Numbered from the stretch's first letter, positions 1-9,610 are shown. The stretch is DNA of 64,000 bases from a bacterium (GCA_030693205.1 JAUYBG010000010.1:130059-194058); one strand, 5' to 3'. The notes: generated from the sequence alone by a model not told the origin. Numbers and translations are program-made.

Positions 1-1153
1 TGAAATAAATTTTGAAAAAGAACTTCTTGAAATGTCATTGCAGCTCAAAAACAGGAATTACCGGCTTGGAAAATATACTTGTTTTGCCATCACTGATCCC
101 AAAATCCGCGAGGTTTGGGCGGCTGACTTCCGCGACCGAATCATCCACCATTTGCTTGTCGGCTATCTTGAGCCTATTTGGGAGAAAAAATTCATTTTCC
201 ATTCCTACGCTTGCCGTAAAGAAAAAGGCGCGCATAAAGCTATAAAAAATCTCAGGCAAGCACTTAATATTCAATCGCCGAATATCCATAAATTATGGTA
301 TTTAAAAATAGACATAGAAAGTTTTTTTATGAGCATTAATAAATTCGTCCTTTTCTCGCTCGTTCAAAAACATATCAATAATACCGATATTTTATGGCTC
401 TCCAAGCTTATTATTTTCCAGAATCCAACCGACAATTATCTCATCAAGGGAGACAGAAAAATCCTAGCCTCTATTCCAAAAAACAAATCTTTTTTTCATG
501 CCCCGCCAAGCAACGGACTGCCTATTGGCAATTACACTTCACAATTTTTCGCCAATGTTTATCTCAATGAAGCCGATCAATTTATAAAACATAATCTTAA
601 ATGCCGCCATTATTTCCGCTATATGGATGATTTCTTGCTGCTTCACGAGGACAAAAATATTCTCCTGAAATGGCGAGATAAAATTTCAAATTTTCTTGAA
701 AACCGGCTAAAACTCACGCTTCATCCTAAAAAACAGTTTCTTCAGCCAGTTTCGCGCGGCATTGATTTTCTCGGTTATATCGTAAAACCCGATTATATTC
801 TCAGCCGAAGAAGAATTATCGCTAATTTCAAAAAGAAACTGCATTATTTCAATAAACTGCTGAATAATGATGCCGAGCCTTGGCCAGAAAAACAAAATTT
901 TCAACCCGCTCTACCCTTAATATTCCATAATCAAACGCCGGCTTTGGAATTTATCCTTGAAACGCAGGCAACTATCAATTCTTATTACGGACATTTCAAG
1001 CATGCCAATTGCTCATATCTTCGGAAAAATCTCTGCCAAAAATATTTTAAAGAGCTGAATAACTTTCTGGATCCTGCTGATAAAACTTTTTCATCTTTCA
1101 TTATCAACCCCGCAATCAAAAAGTTCTACCAAGAAAAAAATAAAGAATATTAA
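1..1153 (+). CDS. Diversity-generating retroelement (DGR) reverse transcriptase, 5'-partial (ORF open to window start)
   Basis: Translation carries RT motifs FRDRIIHHLL, the DGR-specific LPIGNYTSQFFANVY (IGxxxSQ replacing the group II QGxxxSP), catalytic YMDDF, and VSRGIDFLGY. Aligns colinearly with Bordetella phage bRT from about residue 58, and no stop codon in frame back to position 2, so the N-terminus lies outside the window. Stop TAA at 1151-1153. Confidence 0.85.
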   Translation, partial: EINFEKELLEMSLQLKNRNYRLGKYTCFAITDPKIREVWAADFRDRIIHHLLVGYLEPIWEKKFIFHSYACRKEKGAHKAIKNLRQALNIQSPNIHKLWYLKIDIESFFMSINKFVLFSLVQKHINNTDILWLSKLIIFQNPTDNYLIKGDRKILASIPKNKSFFHAPPSNGLPIGNYTSQFFANVYLNEADQFIKHNLKCRHYFRYMDDFLLLHEDKNILLKWRDKISNFLENRLKLTLHPKKQFLQPVSRGIDFLGYIVKPDYILSRRRIIANFKKKLHYFNKLLNNDAEPWPEKQNFQPALPLIFHNQTPALEFILETQATINSYYGHFKHANCSYLRKNLCQKYFKELNNFLDPADKTFSSFIINPAIKKFYQEKNKEY

Positions 1154-1268
1154 CGGACGGAAGACAGCGCGAAATCTGTTGCTATTGTTGACATTATTAT
1201 TATTGAAGTTGGAACAGGCGTTATTGCCCGCTATCCTCGCATTATTGTTGTTGTGCTGCTCCGAAAGC
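1154..1268 (-). repeat. DGR template repeat (TR), sense strand is minus
   Basis: 115-bp near-copy of 1862-1976. It differs at 13 positions; at 12 of them the TR base is A on the minus strand (T on plus). Read in the target frame it encodes an Asn-rich peptide (AAC/AAT codons) versus Tyr/Leu/Gly/Ser/Lys in the VR. Begins immediately after the RT stop codon. Confidence 0.8.
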
Positions 1269-1442
1269 AAATGTCCGTCCACTTGCTAAAATCCGGAAGC
1301 CATCGCAATAGTGTGCGTAGGCCGCCTGTCATATATCCTGTCTTCTGCATAAAACAGAGGAATGGACTAGAATCTCCATTTTCCACCCTCTCCCTTTTGC
1401 CGTGGCAAAAAAGGACTCTGGCAGGAATAGAATAATCATAAT

Positions 1443-1793
1443 TTATTGATTAGCCCATTTCTGCCAGCCACCAAGCTGTTTCCCTATTTCTTCTATTTTT
1501 TCATTGAACACCCCCAATTGCCCTCTGCTTATAACTTTCAAATCAAACGCCAAACGCAGATGAATCCTCAGTACTTCTTTTTTATAATCTATCTCGGCTA
1601 TTCCTGATAATTTTTCTTTCCCCGTCATCGCGTTGGTTTTCATCACCAAGTCCAAAATTCCATGAGCGGTATTTTTCAAGCGCTCTCCCAGCGTATATTT
1701 ATATTCTTTGCTGAAATTTTTTGTTGTTTTGTATATTTCCAGCGTGAGAATATACGCAGATTGAAATATGGATATATGATCATAACGCGCCAT
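1443..1793 (-). CDS. avd: Avd (accessory variability determinant), four-helix-bundle / 23S rRNA IVS-protein family
   Basis: 116 aa, lies between the VR and TR in the same orientation. Similar to bAvd (YDHISIF.., LRIHLRLAFDLK, GKQLGGWQKW matching YDQMLIV.., LRFWLRFLAGIQ, GRILGSWI). Confidence 0.75.
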   Translation of the reverse strand: MARYDHISIFQSAYILTLEIYKTTKNFSKEYKYTLGERLKNTAHGILDLVMKTNAMTGKEKLSGIAEIDYKKEVLRIHLRLAFDLKVISRGQLGVFNEKIEEIGKQLGGWQKWANQ

Positions 1794-1858
1794 AAAATTA
1801 AATCAAATAATTCAAATATCCAAATTGTCTAATCATCAAATTGGAAAATGGAGAAAAC

Positions 1859-3523
1859 TTACGGACGGAAGACAGCGCGAAATCTGCTGCTACCGTAGAC
1901 AAGATTATTATTGAAGTAGGAACAGGCGTTATAGCCCGCTATCCTCGCACCCTTGTAGTAGTGCTGCTCCGAAAGCCATTCCCAAGAACCGCTATTAGAC
2001 AAATCTAAAAATTCATCAGTCCTGCCAACTTGCCCGCCATAATTACCATAGGTTTTATCAGCCGTGTATGCCCCTATAGTACTTTCATAATTAGAACCGC
2101 CGTCTTTATATCCGCAAAATCCGAAAAAATCGCTAGCCGTAGGCAATCTCGTGCCTTTCCAATTATTCAAAACCTCCTGTGTTAGCGGACCATTATTACC
2201 GTTTAGTTGGTCGTCAACATCTCCATCAACGATGGTTGTCGGGTTGTAAGTCGCATGCGGAACAAGATAAATAATCGCGAATGTTGAACCAATAGCCGGA
2301 TCCCCGCCTGTCCAGCCAGCCACAGTGAGCGCCGTTGCCGTATTGCTTTCAATTCGACCATAACTGCCCAAACCTGTACCACCAGTAATAAGCGCTTTTT
2401 GCCCAACCCATGCATTGGCGTTTAAAGAAAGTGAGGAGTCGGTTATGCTTGTTGCGTTTGCCGCCGTGGCTGTGCTAACCTTGACCGCGCGACTTGCTTC
2501 AGTGGGTAGCAAATCTCGGATGCCGTCATAGCAATCAGCGGTAGCCAGAGCAATAGCGCCGACGCCGACTTGCGCCGAAGTTGGATAAGACCCCCAACTG
2601 GGCGCGCCACTTGGAAAACTGCCGGCGCATGTCCAGTCACCTATCCATGAATTATCATAAAGAGCAAAACCGTCATCTTCAACAGCAAAAACCGAAGTGG
2701 CATCCGGCGTGCCGCAATTTGAAGCATAGGCGGAAGAAAGCCACGAACCATACACGGTAATAGTATCAGCGGTATTTAATTTGACAACGCCCCAGCAGTT
2801 GATAGCGGTGCCGGCAGTGATTTTAACAATCATATTCGCGTAAGCGTTCGCCGTCCAAACCGCGCCTGTTTTAATAATGGAATCTGCCGAACCGCCAGTC
2901 GCCGCCTGAGCGGTAATAGGCGTTGAGCCAATCTGCTCTGAACCATTCCAAGATAATGAAGTGACAGCTGATGCCCGAACACAAACACCGTCTTCGGGAT
3001 CAATGGTGTCGCCATCGCCGTTACCATCTTCAAACCAGTACCAAGCCGGGTTCTGGGCGTCGCAGGCGGCTTGAGTTATGCTAGTGCCAGACCATGCTGT
3101 GCCCGGATAGCCGGAATAAGCGCCTGTGGAAGAAACGCCAAAGGCCGTTCCTTTTTTAACCGTTGCTGTTGATAAATTATCAGCATTATAAGTGCCGGCT
3201 ACGCCTAGATATGATGTTCCGAGTTTGACAGTGTTGTCGACAATAGTGGGAATTGAATTATAAATTTCGGTCAAAGTGCGGCCGGTTCCTTCCAAGTTAT
3301 CCGAAAAAGCAAAACTATGACCGCCTTCAGTTGCCGTGGCATTAGTAGTTAGCCGCGTGTAAATTTCTGAAATAGTATAAAATTTCGCGGCAGGTTCGCT
3401 TCCGCCCGATGGCGGAGTAATAGTGCCGGCTTTAACAACCATAGAAATAATCAAAATCGAAATTAAAACGGTTAATCCGCTTTTAAACCCGCTGGATAAA
3501 TTTTGTTTATTAAAAATTCTCAT
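1859..3523 (-). CDS. DGR variable (target) protein, secreted/surface Thr-Gly-Ala-rich protein with C-terminal VR
   Basis: 554 aa with an N-terminal signal anchor. The last ~38 aa (EQHYYKGARIAGYNACSYFNNNLVYGSSRFRAVFRP) are encoded by the VR. Coding GC is visibly higher (about 50-58%) than the surrounding DNA. Confidence 0.8.
   Translation of the reverse strand: MRIFNKQNLSSGFKSGLTVLISILIISMVVKAGTITPPSGGSEPAAKFYTISEIYTRLTTNATATEGGHSFAFSDNLEGTGRTLTEIYNSIPTIVDNTVKLGTSYLGVAGTYNADNLSTATVKKGTAFGVSSTGAYSGYPGTAWSGTSITQAACDAQNPAWYWFEDGNGDGDTIDPEDGVCVRASAVTSLSWNGSEQIGSTPITAQAATGGSADSIIKTGAVWTANAYANMIVKITAGTAINCWGVVKLNTADTITVYGSWLSSAYASNCGTPDATSVFAVEDDGFALYDNSWIGDWTCAGSFPSGAPSWGSYPTSAQVGVGAIALATADCYDGIRDLLPTEASRAVKVSTATAANATSITDSSLSLNANAWVGQKALITGGTGLGSYGRIESNTATALTVAGWTGGDPAIGSTFAIIYLVPHATYNPTTIVDGDVDDQLNGNNGPLTQEVLNNWKGTRLPTASDFFGFCGYKDGGSNYESTIGAYTADKTYGNYGGQVGRTDEFLDLSNSGSWEWLSEQHYYKGARIAGYNACSYFNNNLVYGSSRFRAVFRP
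1862..1976 (-). repeat. DGR variable repeat (VR) at the 3' end of the target gene
   Basis: Homologous to the TR at 1154-1268, with adenine-specific differences. The 25-bp 3' end (cggacggaagacagcgcgaaatctg on plus) is identical in TR and VR and is a candidate IMH-like region. Confidence 0.8.
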
Positions 3524-3642
3524 AGTTTTATTATTAAACCGATTAATTAAAGCATAGATTTAAAAAATCAAAAAAGCGTCATAAAAAAGACGCTATATTG
3601 ATGAGTAATTTGAAAAAGATAAAACTCGGCGAGCCTTGTTTA

Positions 3643-3659
3643 CTCTCTCTCTCTCTCTC
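3643..3659. repeat. (CT)8 dinucleotide simple sequence repeat upstream of the DGR target gene
   Basis: ctctctctctctctctc seen directly in the intergenic region 120-135 bp upstream of the target start codon. Confidence 0.9.
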
Positions 3660-3782
3660 GTAATTCAGCCCTGCGGCTGAAATATATTTATAGTTTTGTT
3701 TAATCATAATTATATTATAGCATAATAAAAACTTAATGCAAAAGCCAAAATTGAAAATTCATGATTATTGAACCCGGAATAC

Positions 3783-3829
3783 GCTCTTATTATACCGCTT
3801 ATACCGCCAAACTGGCTTGCTTTCAAACT
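3783..3829. repeat. Direct repeat copy 1 (gctcttattataccg...aaactggcttgctttcaaact) flanking the TA module
   Basis: Matches 4902-4939 apart from an 11-bp indel. Weaker similarity extends about 20 bp further upstream in both copies. Confidence 0.7.
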
Positions 3830-3856
3830 TGATCCACCCGCGCCAATTCTACCACC

Positions 3857-4258
3857 TTAAAATAATTTTTGTCCGGCGTTTAAATATTCCTCCACCTGCA
3901 AAACAATTTTTTTCAGCCATTCTTTATAACTCAAAGACTCTTTTCTCGTAATCAAAACGCCTCCGCTATACAAATCAAAATTTCTTTTCTTTCTCATTTC
4001 ATTGCCCATCGCGAAAATATCTTCATCGCCTAAATATTCGGATAATTTTTTAACTAAATCAATATGATGCCCGACCCGCGACCTGACTCTCAAATTATTC
4101 TTGGCGCAGACCGCAATCGCGATTTTAAGCAAACTATCATAGGAAAATTTAAAAATAATCTCAGGAATATCCGAATCGCGGGCAATTTTAAAATCCTTGA
4201 GCGCCGAATTAAAATAATTTTCAATTTGCCTATCGGTAAATTCTTGTTTTTTAAACAT
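3857..4258 (-). CDS. HEPN-domain protein (toxin partner of MNT)
   Basis: 133 aa, immediately downstream of the nucleotidyltransferase gene with a 2-bp gap. Conserved HEPN-like R(x)4-6H-type region (RVRSRVGHH). Confidence 0.65.
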   Translation of the reverse strand: MFKKQEFTDRQIENYFNSALKDFKIARDSDIPEIIFKFSYDSLLKIAIAVCAKNNLRVRSRVGHHIDLVKKLSEYLGDEDIFAMGNEMRKKRNFDLYSGGVLITRKESLSYKEWLKKIVLQVEEYLNAGQKLF

Positions 4259-4260
4259 AT

Positions 4261-4872
4261 TTATAAAATTTTAACTGCTTTACCGCTAAAAATATTAGTT
4301 ATAAATTCATCTTTATTTTTTTTCCTTTTGGCAAATTCCTCTTCGGTTAAATCGACAACATTAATCTCGCGCCTGATTTTTTCCTGTACTGGCAGCAGCG
4401 CTTTTGCCGCTTCCATAACCTGATGATCGCCGATTATCAAAACATCAATATCGCTTTCCGCTTCAAAATCTCCTTTGGCGTATGAACCGAAAATATAAGC
4501 TTCTTTTATTCCTTTAATTTTCTTTAAGCTACAGGCAATCATATCTCCCAATCCGTATTTCAATTCAAAAGCTTTTTTTACTTCTTTAAGCAAAGGGTAA
4601 TTCTTGTTGATAAAATAATACCTTTGCTCGCCTGAAAATTCCGAGCTTAAAATTCCCTCTTTTTCCAATTTTTGCAGTTTTCGGCTTAAATTTCCCGGGT
4701 CAGCTTCCAAAATTCGCGCCAGTTCGTTGATATAATTTTTCTTGCTCGGATTTATAAAAAAATATCTTAGCGCCTTAATGGTAATTTCTGATTTAAGGTT
4801 AAACATATTATTATAATTCTTATTGTTAATTCTTACAATAGTTATTGTAGCATTATACAATAATTTAATCAA
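4261..4872 (-). CDS. Winged-HTH + minimal nucleotidyltransferase (MNT) protein, antitoxin partner
   Basis: N-terminal ArsR-like wHTH (INELARILEADPGNLSRKLQKLEKEGIL). NTase motif GSYAKGDFEAESDIDVLI. Real start is probably the internal Met near 4806. Confidence 0.75.
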   Translation of the reverse strand: MIKLLYNATITIVRINNKNYNNMFNLKSEITIKALRYFFINPSKKNYINELARILEADPGNLSRKLQKLEKEGILSSEFSGEQRYYFINKNYPLLKEVKKAFELKYGLGDMIACSLKKIKGIKEAYIFGSYAKGDFEAESDIDVLIIGDHQVMEAAKALLPVQEKIRREINVVDLTEEEFAKRKKNKDEFITNIFSGKAVKIL

Positions 4873-4901
4873 CTCGAAAATTTAGAAATTATTAAAATCC
4901 T

Positions 4902-4939
4902 GCTCTTATTATACCGATAAACTGGCTTGCTTTCAAACT
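4902..4939. repeat. Direct repeat copy 2 flanking the TA module
   Basis: See 3783-3829. Confidence 0.7.
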
Positions 4940-4951
4940 ATTCCGGCAAAG

Positions 4952-6154
4952 CTAACCTTTGTTTACCGACTCAAAAATCTCCAGCGTCTCTCTCGCGCAT
5001 TTGTTCCAGGAAAATTTTTTAGCCTGTTCGCGCCCTTTTAAGATCATTTTTTCTCTTAATTTTTCATTGCCTAGAACTTCTTCCATTGCCCGGGCAAGCT
5101 GGCCGCTATTGTAAGGATTGACCATTATGGCCGAAACTCCGACCACTTCCGGCAAAGACGAACAATCAGAAGTGATCACTGGCACATCGCTTGCCATCGC
5201 TTCCAGCGGCGGAAAACCGAAACCTTCATAGAAAGAAGGGTAAACGAACAAACTCGCAAGATTATATAAATACGCCTTGTCCTCATCCGCGATAAAACCG
5301 GTAAAAATTATATCGTCTTTCCAGGCGGAATGGCCAGCGGCATAAAATATGTCCTCGCAAAGCCACCCTTTGGAACCGGCGATCAATAACTTATGGCTTA
5401 AAGCCGATGGCGAATGGCTTTTTTTAAATAATTCAAAAGCCCTGATCAGCCCGATGATATTCTTGCGCGGCTCGATCGTTCCCAAATACAGAATATATTT
5501 TTCCGGCAAATTATATTTAATTTTAATTTCCTTAATTTTTGACCCTTTATCCTCCGTAGTTTTACTGTGTCCTTCTGAAGCCTTTGGCGAAAGAGGAGCG
5601 CAGGAGGAGACTCCGGAATAAATTACTTTTATTTTTTCTTTCGGAATGCCGTAGATCTCCCGAAGATCGTTCTTCGTCGATTCGGAAACCGCAATGATAA
5701 AATCCGCTTCCCGGGCAATTTTTTTGGGATTGACAAAATTATGCCAAAAAATCTGCTTGGGAGAAAAAAAATTGCTGTATTTTTCAAAAGAAAGATCGTG
5801 GAAAGTAACGACTTTTTTTGCTTTAAAAGACGGGAGCAGGTTAATATTCGGCTCAAACACAATATCCGCGCCATTCATTAATTTATCGATTTTAGGCCAG
5901 GAAAAAACCTTGAATGAAGCGTTCAAAATACGATTGGGAATAGACGAGCGGCAGAGGTCAATGTTAGAATTATTTTTTTTCGCTTTTTGGGAAAAATCCA
6001 AATAACGATTGCTTATGCTCTGGCCGCTGCTAAATAACAGGTATTTATTTTTATGATCAATGCTAAAAAGAGCGTTAAGGAGATTTAAAGCATATTCTTC
6101 CACGCCCGAATATTTTCCCTGCCCGATTGCCCGTAAATCAATGCCGATTATCAT
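4952..6154 (-). CDS. Glycosyltransferase family 1 (GT4-type)
   Basis: C-terminal GT1 signature [21 protein letters not shown]. 400 aa. Confidence 0.8.
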   Translation of the reverse strand: MIIGIDLRAIGQGKYSGVEEYALNLLNALFSIDHKNKYLLFSSGQSISNRYLDFSQKAKKNNSNIDLCRSSIPNRILNASFKVFSWPKIDKLMNGADIVFEPNINLLPSFKAKKVVTFHDLSFEKYSNFFSPKQIFWHNFVNPKKIAREADFIIAVSESTKNDLREIYGIPKEKIKVIYSGVSSCAPLSPKASEGHSKTTEDKGSKIKEIKIKYNLPEKYILYLGTIEPRKNIIGLIRAFELFKKSHSPSALSHKLLIAGSKGWLCEDIFYAAGHSAWKDDIIFTGFIADEDKAYLYNLASLFVYPSFYEGFGFPPLEAMASDVPVITSDCSSLPEVVGVSAIMVNPYNSGQLARAMEEVLGNEKLREKMILKGREQAKKFSWNKCARETLEIFESVNKG

Positions 6155-6379
6155 AAAATAAAATTACTAGGATCATATCTGCCAATACTTATTTTTTCTG
6201 CAAAAGCGCATTTTATCGCCTTCGTAAAACAATTTATTATTTTTTTAGAAAAAAGGCGATAAAATTCGAGTGAAGCATGAAAAAAATAATTATTAGCAAA
6301 AGGTATCAGCTGAACGTCTTTAAAGAAAAAATAAGTATTGGCAGATAAATTAGAAAAATCAAGATACTGCTTTTGCTTT

Positions 6380-6994
6380 TTACTTCTCACCCGAAAAATA
6401 ATTCTTCCCTAGCGCCATAAATATTCCCAAAAACAACCCCGCAACAACAGCTAAAACTCCATTTAGCAAAAGATCACTCTTCTTTTCGACCGAAAGCGGG
6501 TCGGAATAAATTACCTGAAAGCCAATCTGCTCGGCGCTGGAAGCGGAAAGCAGATCCGCTTTTTCCTGCAAAACATCCGTCATCGCGCGAGCCAAACTTT
6601 TTGCCGTTTCTTCGTCTTTAGTCTGATAACGCACCCTGACATACTGGCTGGAAAGCTTATCCGCCTTAAAAATTTTGGAATAGTCTTTCAGACTTCTCAT
6701 TTCATTTTCCGCTTTGGCCCGAATATAAATTTCATTGGCGACTGAAGCGCTCGCGAGCCACTGGCTGATGTTGTCGGCGAAAACATCGGACGCCTGAACG
6801 GCATAATAGCCGTCATATTTATAATACTCCGTCTTTTGCGTCCCACTTCGGGAAATCAGCAAAAGCATATCATTTTCATAAGATACTTCTTTTAAAAGAG
6901 AGAACGCCAACACTAGAAAAAATAAAACCAAGATCGAAATGCTAATTAAGTTTTTTTCTTTTTTAAAAATTCGAATGTATTCTTTTAGTTCCAT
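6380..6994 (-). CDS. Wzz/chain-length-determinant-like membrane protein
   Basis: N- and C-terminal TM helices flank a hydrophilic coiled region. Sits inside the polysaccharide cluster. Confidence 0.45.
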   Translation of the reverse strand: MELKEYIRIFKKEKNLISISILVLFFLVLAFSLLKEVSYENDMLLLISRSGTQKTEYYKYDGYYAVQASDVFADNISQWLASASVANEIYIRAKAENEMRSLKDYSKIFKADKLSSQYVRVRYQTKDEETAKSLARAMTDVLQEKADLLSASSAEQIGFQVIYSDPLSVEKKSDLLLNGVLAVVAGLFLGIFMALGKNYFSGEK

Positions 6995-7003
6995 AACAAT
7001 AAA

Positions 7004-8125
7004 TTAAAATTTAAAATTATTTATTTTTTTAAATTCTACCCATTCCCTTTCCACAAATTCTTTTATTTTTTTCTTAAAAATTTCCTTATCAAAACTCCTG
7101 ACGCTATCCTTTATTTTTTCACCATCGAAGTTTTTGTCCTTAAAATCGCGGACTGCGCCAACGATCGCATCCACAGTCTGTTCATCGAAGAATATGCCAT
7201 TTATGCCTTCCTTGACGATCTCGAGCGCCCCGCCTCCCCGATACGCGATAACCGGCGTGCCGGAAGCCAAAGACTCCAGAGCGACAATGCCAAAATCTTC
7301 TTCCTGAGGGAAAAGAAAAGCTTTCGCCTTGGCGTAATGATCCCGAATCTCTTCATCGGACTGCCAGCCCAAAAATTCTATGTTCGATTTTGCCATTTTT
7401 TTCAATCTTTGCATTTCCGGGCCATCTCCGATTATTTTCAGCCGCAAGCCCAAAGTATTGAACGCTCCGACCACCAAATCGAACCTTTTATACGGAATCA
7501 GTCTTCCGACAATTAAAAAATAATCCTCTTTCTTGATTTTCTTGTCCGGATTGAAAAACGCCAAACTGACCGGAGGATAGATCACTTCCGCCGAACGGCG
7601 ATAATATTTCGCGATGCGCTTGGCGACAAAATTTGAATTGGTGATAAATTTATCGACGCGATCGGCGGAAATCTTGTCCCAAAGCCTGATATAATTCATC
7701 GCCAGCGGAATCGCCTTCCTGATCAGCTTCGCGACGGAAAAATTTTCAGTATAGCTGTAATAATCATCCCACGCGTATCTCATCGGCGTGTGGCAATAAC
7801 AAATATGCAGCGTTCCGGAATTAGAGATTATTCCCTTGGCATAGCTGTTTGAATCGGACAAAACAATATCGTAAAAAGAAAGATCAAAGCTCTCGATCGC
7901 CATGGGCATTAAAATCGGAAAAGAGCGATGATGCGATTTTGACAGCGGCAAGGATTGCAAAAAAGAAGTATAGATCTTTTTACGGCCAAACCTGTTTTTA
8001 AAAATATTTTTATCGTAAACCAAAGTATAGATCGGAGCATAAGGAAAAATTTCGCTAAAAACCTCCAGCACTCTTTCGGCGCCGCCATATTGCACTAAAT
8101 AATCATGAACTAAGGCTATTTTCAT
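7004..8125 (-). CDS. Glycosyltransferase family 1 (GT4-type)
   Basis: GRLIPYKRFD...EDFGIVALESLASGTPVIAY motif. Confidence 0.8.
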   Translation of the reverse strand: MKIALVHDYLVQYGGAERVLEVFSEIFPYAPIYTLVYDKNIFKNRFGRKKIYTSFLQSLPLSKSHHRSFPILMPMAIESFDLSFYDIVLSDSNSYAKGIISNSGTLHICYCHTPMRYAWDDYYSYTENFSVAKLIRKAIPLAMNYIRLWDKISADRVDKFITNSNFVAKRIAKYYRRSAEVIYPPVSLAFFNPDKKIKKEDYFLIVGRLIPYKRFDLVVGAFNTLGLRLKIIGDGPEMQRLKKMAKSNIEFLGWQSDEEIRDHYAKAKAFLFPQEEDFGIVALESLASGTPVIAYRGGGALEIVKEGINGIFFDEQTVDAIVGAVRDFKDKNFDGEKIKDSVRSFDKEIFKKKIKEFVEREWVEFKKINNFKF

Positions 8126-9546
8126 TATTCCGCCTCTCTTTTGTTAATCACCGCCGGTATGGTCTTAAAAAGTATTTTCATATCGAGCCAAAAAGACCAA
8201 TTGGACAGATAATAATTATCCAGATCAAGTTCCTCGTTCGTGCTAAGATCCGAACGCCCGCCAACTTGCGCCAATCCGGTAATACCCGGTTTGATCTCCA
8301 GGTTTTTTCTGTAATAACTGCCGTTTTTTTCCACTTCTCTGGCTTGATGAGGCCGCGGTCCCACCAAACTCATTTGTCCCAATAAAACATTAAAAAGCTG
8401 CGGCAGCTCATCAATGCTGGTGCGGCGTATGAATTTGCCGAAGCTTGTCACTCTCGGGTCGTCTTTGATTTTATAAATCGCTCCGTGCCTCGTGTTTTTT
8501 TCTTTAATTAATTTTTTCTCATACTGAAGCGCTTGTTCATTCTGAACGCCAAATTGCTTCCCCGTGCAATAAGCAAGTTTCATCGAACGAAATTTAAAAA
8601 CATCAAAATTTCCTTTGGCACCGACTCTTTCGCTGTAATAAATAACCGGGCCTTTCGACTCAAGCCTTAAGATCAGAGCCGTAACGATCATCACGGGAGA
8701 AAAAATAATAATTCCAAAAATCGCCCCGACAATATCAAAAGCCCGCTTGATTATTTTTCCCCATCCGTCCAAGGGAGTTTTTTTAATTTCAACCAGCGTA
8801 ATGCCTTTGATCGTTTCCACGTCCACGTTGATCGTTTTGGCCTGAAAAAGATCGGGAATAAATTTAAAATCAATATGATAAACCTGGCAATATTCCAGAA
8901 GTTCAACAAGGATATTCCGCGGTATGGCCAGATCAGCGACAATTACTTCGTCAAACCTGACGGCATTGTAGCTTTTTTTAAAAGAATCCATCGAAAATTG
9001 CTTCTTGTCAACGATCGACCGATACCCAAGCGAAAGATTTGTCTGAAATTCCCTTACCAGATCCGCGCTTGCCTGGTTTTGGCCGATCACCAAAACCTTA
9101 TGAACTCCGTATCCATACTTTCCGATCATATGTCTTCTGGTTTTTTCCAAAATTATTCTGCCGGCGAAAACAAAAGTTATGGCGAAAAGCCAAGCGGCTA
9201 AAATAATAAAACGGGAAGAAAACAGGTCTCTTGTCAAAAAAGTAAAAAAAACCAGCGTCAATACGCCGAGCGTCACGCCTATCAATATTTTTGAAAAATC
9301 TTCTCTTAATTTTCTTTTTGTTTTAAAACTATAAAGCCCCAGCAAAGAAAAAATGACTATAAAAAAAAATGCCGCCGCTAGCGCGAGGACCGCATAACTG
9401 CCAAACGGCAGATCGAAAACAACTGGCCTGATATCGGTAAGACTTTTGTTAAAGCGCAAGAGATACGCAGCCACGCCGGCTAAAAAAAACATCAAAAAAT
9501 CTACCGGCACTAATAACATATTAAATACTAGTTCTGCCTTTTTCAT
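8125..9546 (-). CDS. Polyprenyl-phosphate sugar phosphotransferase (bacterial sugar transferase, WbaP/CpsE-like)
   Basis: N-terminal multi-TM domain and C-terminal sugar-transferase domain ([30 protein letters not shown]). Confidence 0.85.
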   Translation of the reverse strand: MKKAELVFNMLLVPVDFLMFFLAGVAAYLLRFNKSLTDIRPVVFDLPFGSYAVLALAAAFFFIVIFSLLGLYSFKTKRKLREDFSKILIGVTLGVLTLVFFTFLTRDLFSSRFIILAAWLFAITFVFAGRIILEKTRRHMIGKYGYGVHKVLVIGQNQASADLVREFQTNLSLGYRSIVDKKQFSMDSFKKSYNAVRFDEVIVADLAIPRNILVELLEYCQVYHIDFKFIPDLFQAKTINVDVETIKGITLVEIKKTPLDGWGKIIKRAFDIVGAIFGIIIFSPVMIVTALILRLESKGPVIYYSERVGAKGNFDVFKFRSMKLAYCTGKQFGVQNEQALQYEKKLIKEKNTRHGAIYKIKDDPRVTSFGKFIRRTSIDELPQLFNVLLGQMSLVGPRPHQAREVEKNGSYYRKNLEIKPGITGLAQVGGRSDLSTNEELDLDNYYLSNWSFWLDMKILFKTIPAVINKREAE

Positions 9547-9610
9547 ACAGTTTTATTATGAAATATTACCTCCAAAACGGCAATTACCATTAATTCCCGA
9601 TAAGCAATGA

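Noticed and set aside
1091-1435. ORFs 1091-1282 (-) and 1253-1435 (+) overlapping the template repeat
   Set aside because: The 63-aa minus-strand ORF is just the TR read in the target protein's frame (Asn-rich), which is what a DGR template should look like. The plus-strand ORF has no support. Neither is a gene.
2203-3033. Three 65-70-aa ORFs (2203-2415, 2443-2640, 2830-3033) nested inside the DGR target gene
   Set aside because: They lie entirely within the well-supported 554-aa target CDS. They are Arg/Leu/Gln-rich, as expected from the unintended frame of a GC-rich gene. No independent signal supports them.
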